DNA from: a virus
Lineage: Duplodnaviria > Caudoviricetes
DNA: 64,000 bases
IMG/VR virus record: IMGVR_UViG_3300047576_000104
Location: 1 to 64,000 of that record
Reading direction: 5' to 3' (one strand)
Below, in pieces: positions 62,511 to 64,000 of this stretch. Position 1 is the stretch's first letter. Every line of letters begins with the position of its first letter. Position numbers and translations under genes: made by a program. The notes below the pieces were generated by a model, which saw only the letters and a list, made by a program, of their open reading frames with translations, made no database searches and was not told the origin of the DNA.

Positions 62511-64000
62511 GTGACTGAATCCCCGCTAGACAGGCTGCTGCGGCTGGCTGCCAGTGTCAGCCTGCTAGAGCCGACTGCGCTTGGTGAGGTGGACAAGTCC
62601 GGCGATGAGGGCGATGTCCATGAGCATCTGATGCGCGAGTGTCCCTGGTATAAGGCTGTCAGTGCCGGTGAAGGCGCTACTGATCCGGGCAAGCACTGCA
62701 AGGGCGGTCATTGCGGTGAAGGACACCTCGGCGCGCTGATCAAGTTCACTCCGCACACCGGAGAGGCGTCGACCGTAGACAAGCCGACCGTTCCGCCTGG
62801 CGGCCCTGGCCTGTTCCATGTCAAGGGGCTTCACTTGCCGCCGTACTTTCAGCACCTATATCCGCATCTGGTTGCCCGCTACGGTAAGCAAGGGGCGTAT
62901 AAAGTTGCCGTTGGCGTGGTCAAGAAGTGGGCTGCCGGTGTTAATCCTGGCGGGAAGCACCCAACTAAGACGCACCCGGATGTGAAGGCTGCTGCTTCGA
63001 AGAACATAGCTCAGTGGGAAGAGGATAAGGCTAAGGCTCATAAGCAGTCTGCCTCTCATGTGAAGGCAGCGGCTCCGCAGCCGAGTCCTATGGAGGGCGG
63101 TACTGTGAAGCTCCTTCCGCTGCCGCCTCCGCCAAAGAAGACCGCAGCGATGATGACCGCGCACCGGGTCAACGATATGAGGCTGAGCCTGGCACATGCG
63201 ATCGAGCGCATGGATGCGGCGTGCAAGACCAAGGATCCGGAGATCAGGAAGTACGAGGCCGTCCATATCCGGAATCATCTGGCCAGGACGATTAACGGCG
63301 GGCACTTGCTTGCGGATAACCTGCGCCGTAATTACCCGGCAGAGGGGCGTGAGCTGGACGCTACTATGAAGACACTCGGGCTGGCTAAGGCTTTGTCTCC
63401 GGCTATGATGTCAGCTACTACAGCACACTTGCTGGAGACGATCCTTAACGAGTGCACTCATGCTTCCAGGCATGCTCAGTTCCTGAGTAAGCCTGAGCCG
63501 TTCGCTGAATGGGATTTCAACGCCCGGCATGTCTCAGACCATCTGAATGGCGCGCTGAAGCACGCTGTTAAGCTGAGTGAGCACATCATGGACAACTATC
63601 CTGCGGAGGCCAAGCTGCTGGCTGAGCTGGAGTCGCTTGGCACGACGATCAAGGCGGCAGCTCCACTGCCTGTCACGGTAGACTTGCCGACGCCGCAGGA
63701 ACTGCGTAAGTTTGCCAGCGAGATCAAGAAAATGACAGATGATGCTGATTATCATCTGCGCGGTGCTCAGTTGCATCTGGAGTCGGCAGCTGAGCAGATG
63801 GTGACTAATCCGGTGAATGCCCTGATGAGCCTGCGCTCTGCGCAGACAGCTATTCAGCAGGTGTGGCGCCGGCGAGTGCAGCTTGCCGTTCCCAGTGCTG
63901 GGCAGAGCAGTCAGCAGCAGGCGTGGGCAAAGGTGCAGGCGCAGATAGGCGAGATACAGGGAGTTGCCGCAAAGATTTCCTGGTTCATCAATAGGGTGCG
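62511..64000 (+). CDS. Long hypothetical protein, 3'-truncated (absent from the ORF track because no stop occurs in the window)
   Basis: Open frame from GTG 62511 (MTESPLDRLLRLAA...) to the window end; internal His-rich repeat ending NYPAE. Confidence 0.75.
   Translation, partial: MTESPLDRLLRLAASVSLLEPTALGEVDKSGDEGDVHEHLMRECPWYKAVSAGEGATDPGKHCKGGHCGEGHLGALIKFTPHTGEASTVDKPTVPPGGPGLFHVKGLHLPPYFQHLYPHLVARYGKQGAYKVAVGVVKKWAAGVNPGGKHPTKTHPDVKAAASKNIAQWEEDKAKAHKQSASHVKAAAPQPSPMEGGTVKLLPLPPPPKKTAAMMTAHRVNDMRLSLAHAIERMDAACKTKDPEIRKYEAVHIRNHLARTINGGHLLADNLRRNYPAEGRELDATMKTLGLAKALSPAMMSATTAHLLETILNECTHASRHAQFLSKPEPFAEWDFNARHVSDHLNGALKHAVKLSEHIMDNYPAEAKLLAELESLGTTIKAAAPLPVTVDLPTPQELRKFASEIKKMTDDADYHLRGAQLHLESAAEQMVTNPVNALMSLRSAQTAIQQVWRRRVQLAVPSAGQSSQQQAWAKVQAQIGEIQGVAAKISWFINRV

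Overview
This is a 64-kb internal segment of a large tailed phage genome. The host is probably an actinobacterium, inferred from the high GC, a WhiG/FliA-type sigma factor and actinophage-type inteins. Almost all genes are on the + strand. In order: the end of a tail protein (1-1.9 kb); a sugar-modification cluster with an NDP-sugar epimerase, a GT2, a GT17-like and a GT13-like GlcNAc transferase (2.7-7 kb); virion/tail genes including a beta-helix tailspike, Gly-rich proteins and D-x-G-x-G-x-[DE] repeat proteins, plus a holin-like gene (8-17 kb); small hypothetical genes; and a large replication/recombination/transcription block (20-57 kb). That block has a SNF2-like helicase, two sigma factors, DnaB, a primase Zn-finger, delta/delta'/DnaX clamp-loader subunits, a beta clamp, a family-A polymerase with a class-3 intein, a C5-MTase-like protein, an SSB-like protein, endonuclease VII, RecA, split SbcC plus SbcD, an endolysin, a Cas4-like nuclease, a cold-shock protein and a TIGR03960/TIGR03936-like radical SAM fusion preceded by a structured RNA. 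It is followed by a second glycosylation cluster (GT4, pyruvyl transferase, intein-containing GT; 58-62.4 kb) and a long ORF running off the right edge. At least a dozen conserved genes carry single frameshifts, most simply explained by an error-prone consensus sequence, so gene boundaries are given for the reconstructed genes. All family calls come from motif recognition by eye; no database searches were run. No tRNA, rRNA or CRISPR array was recognised.
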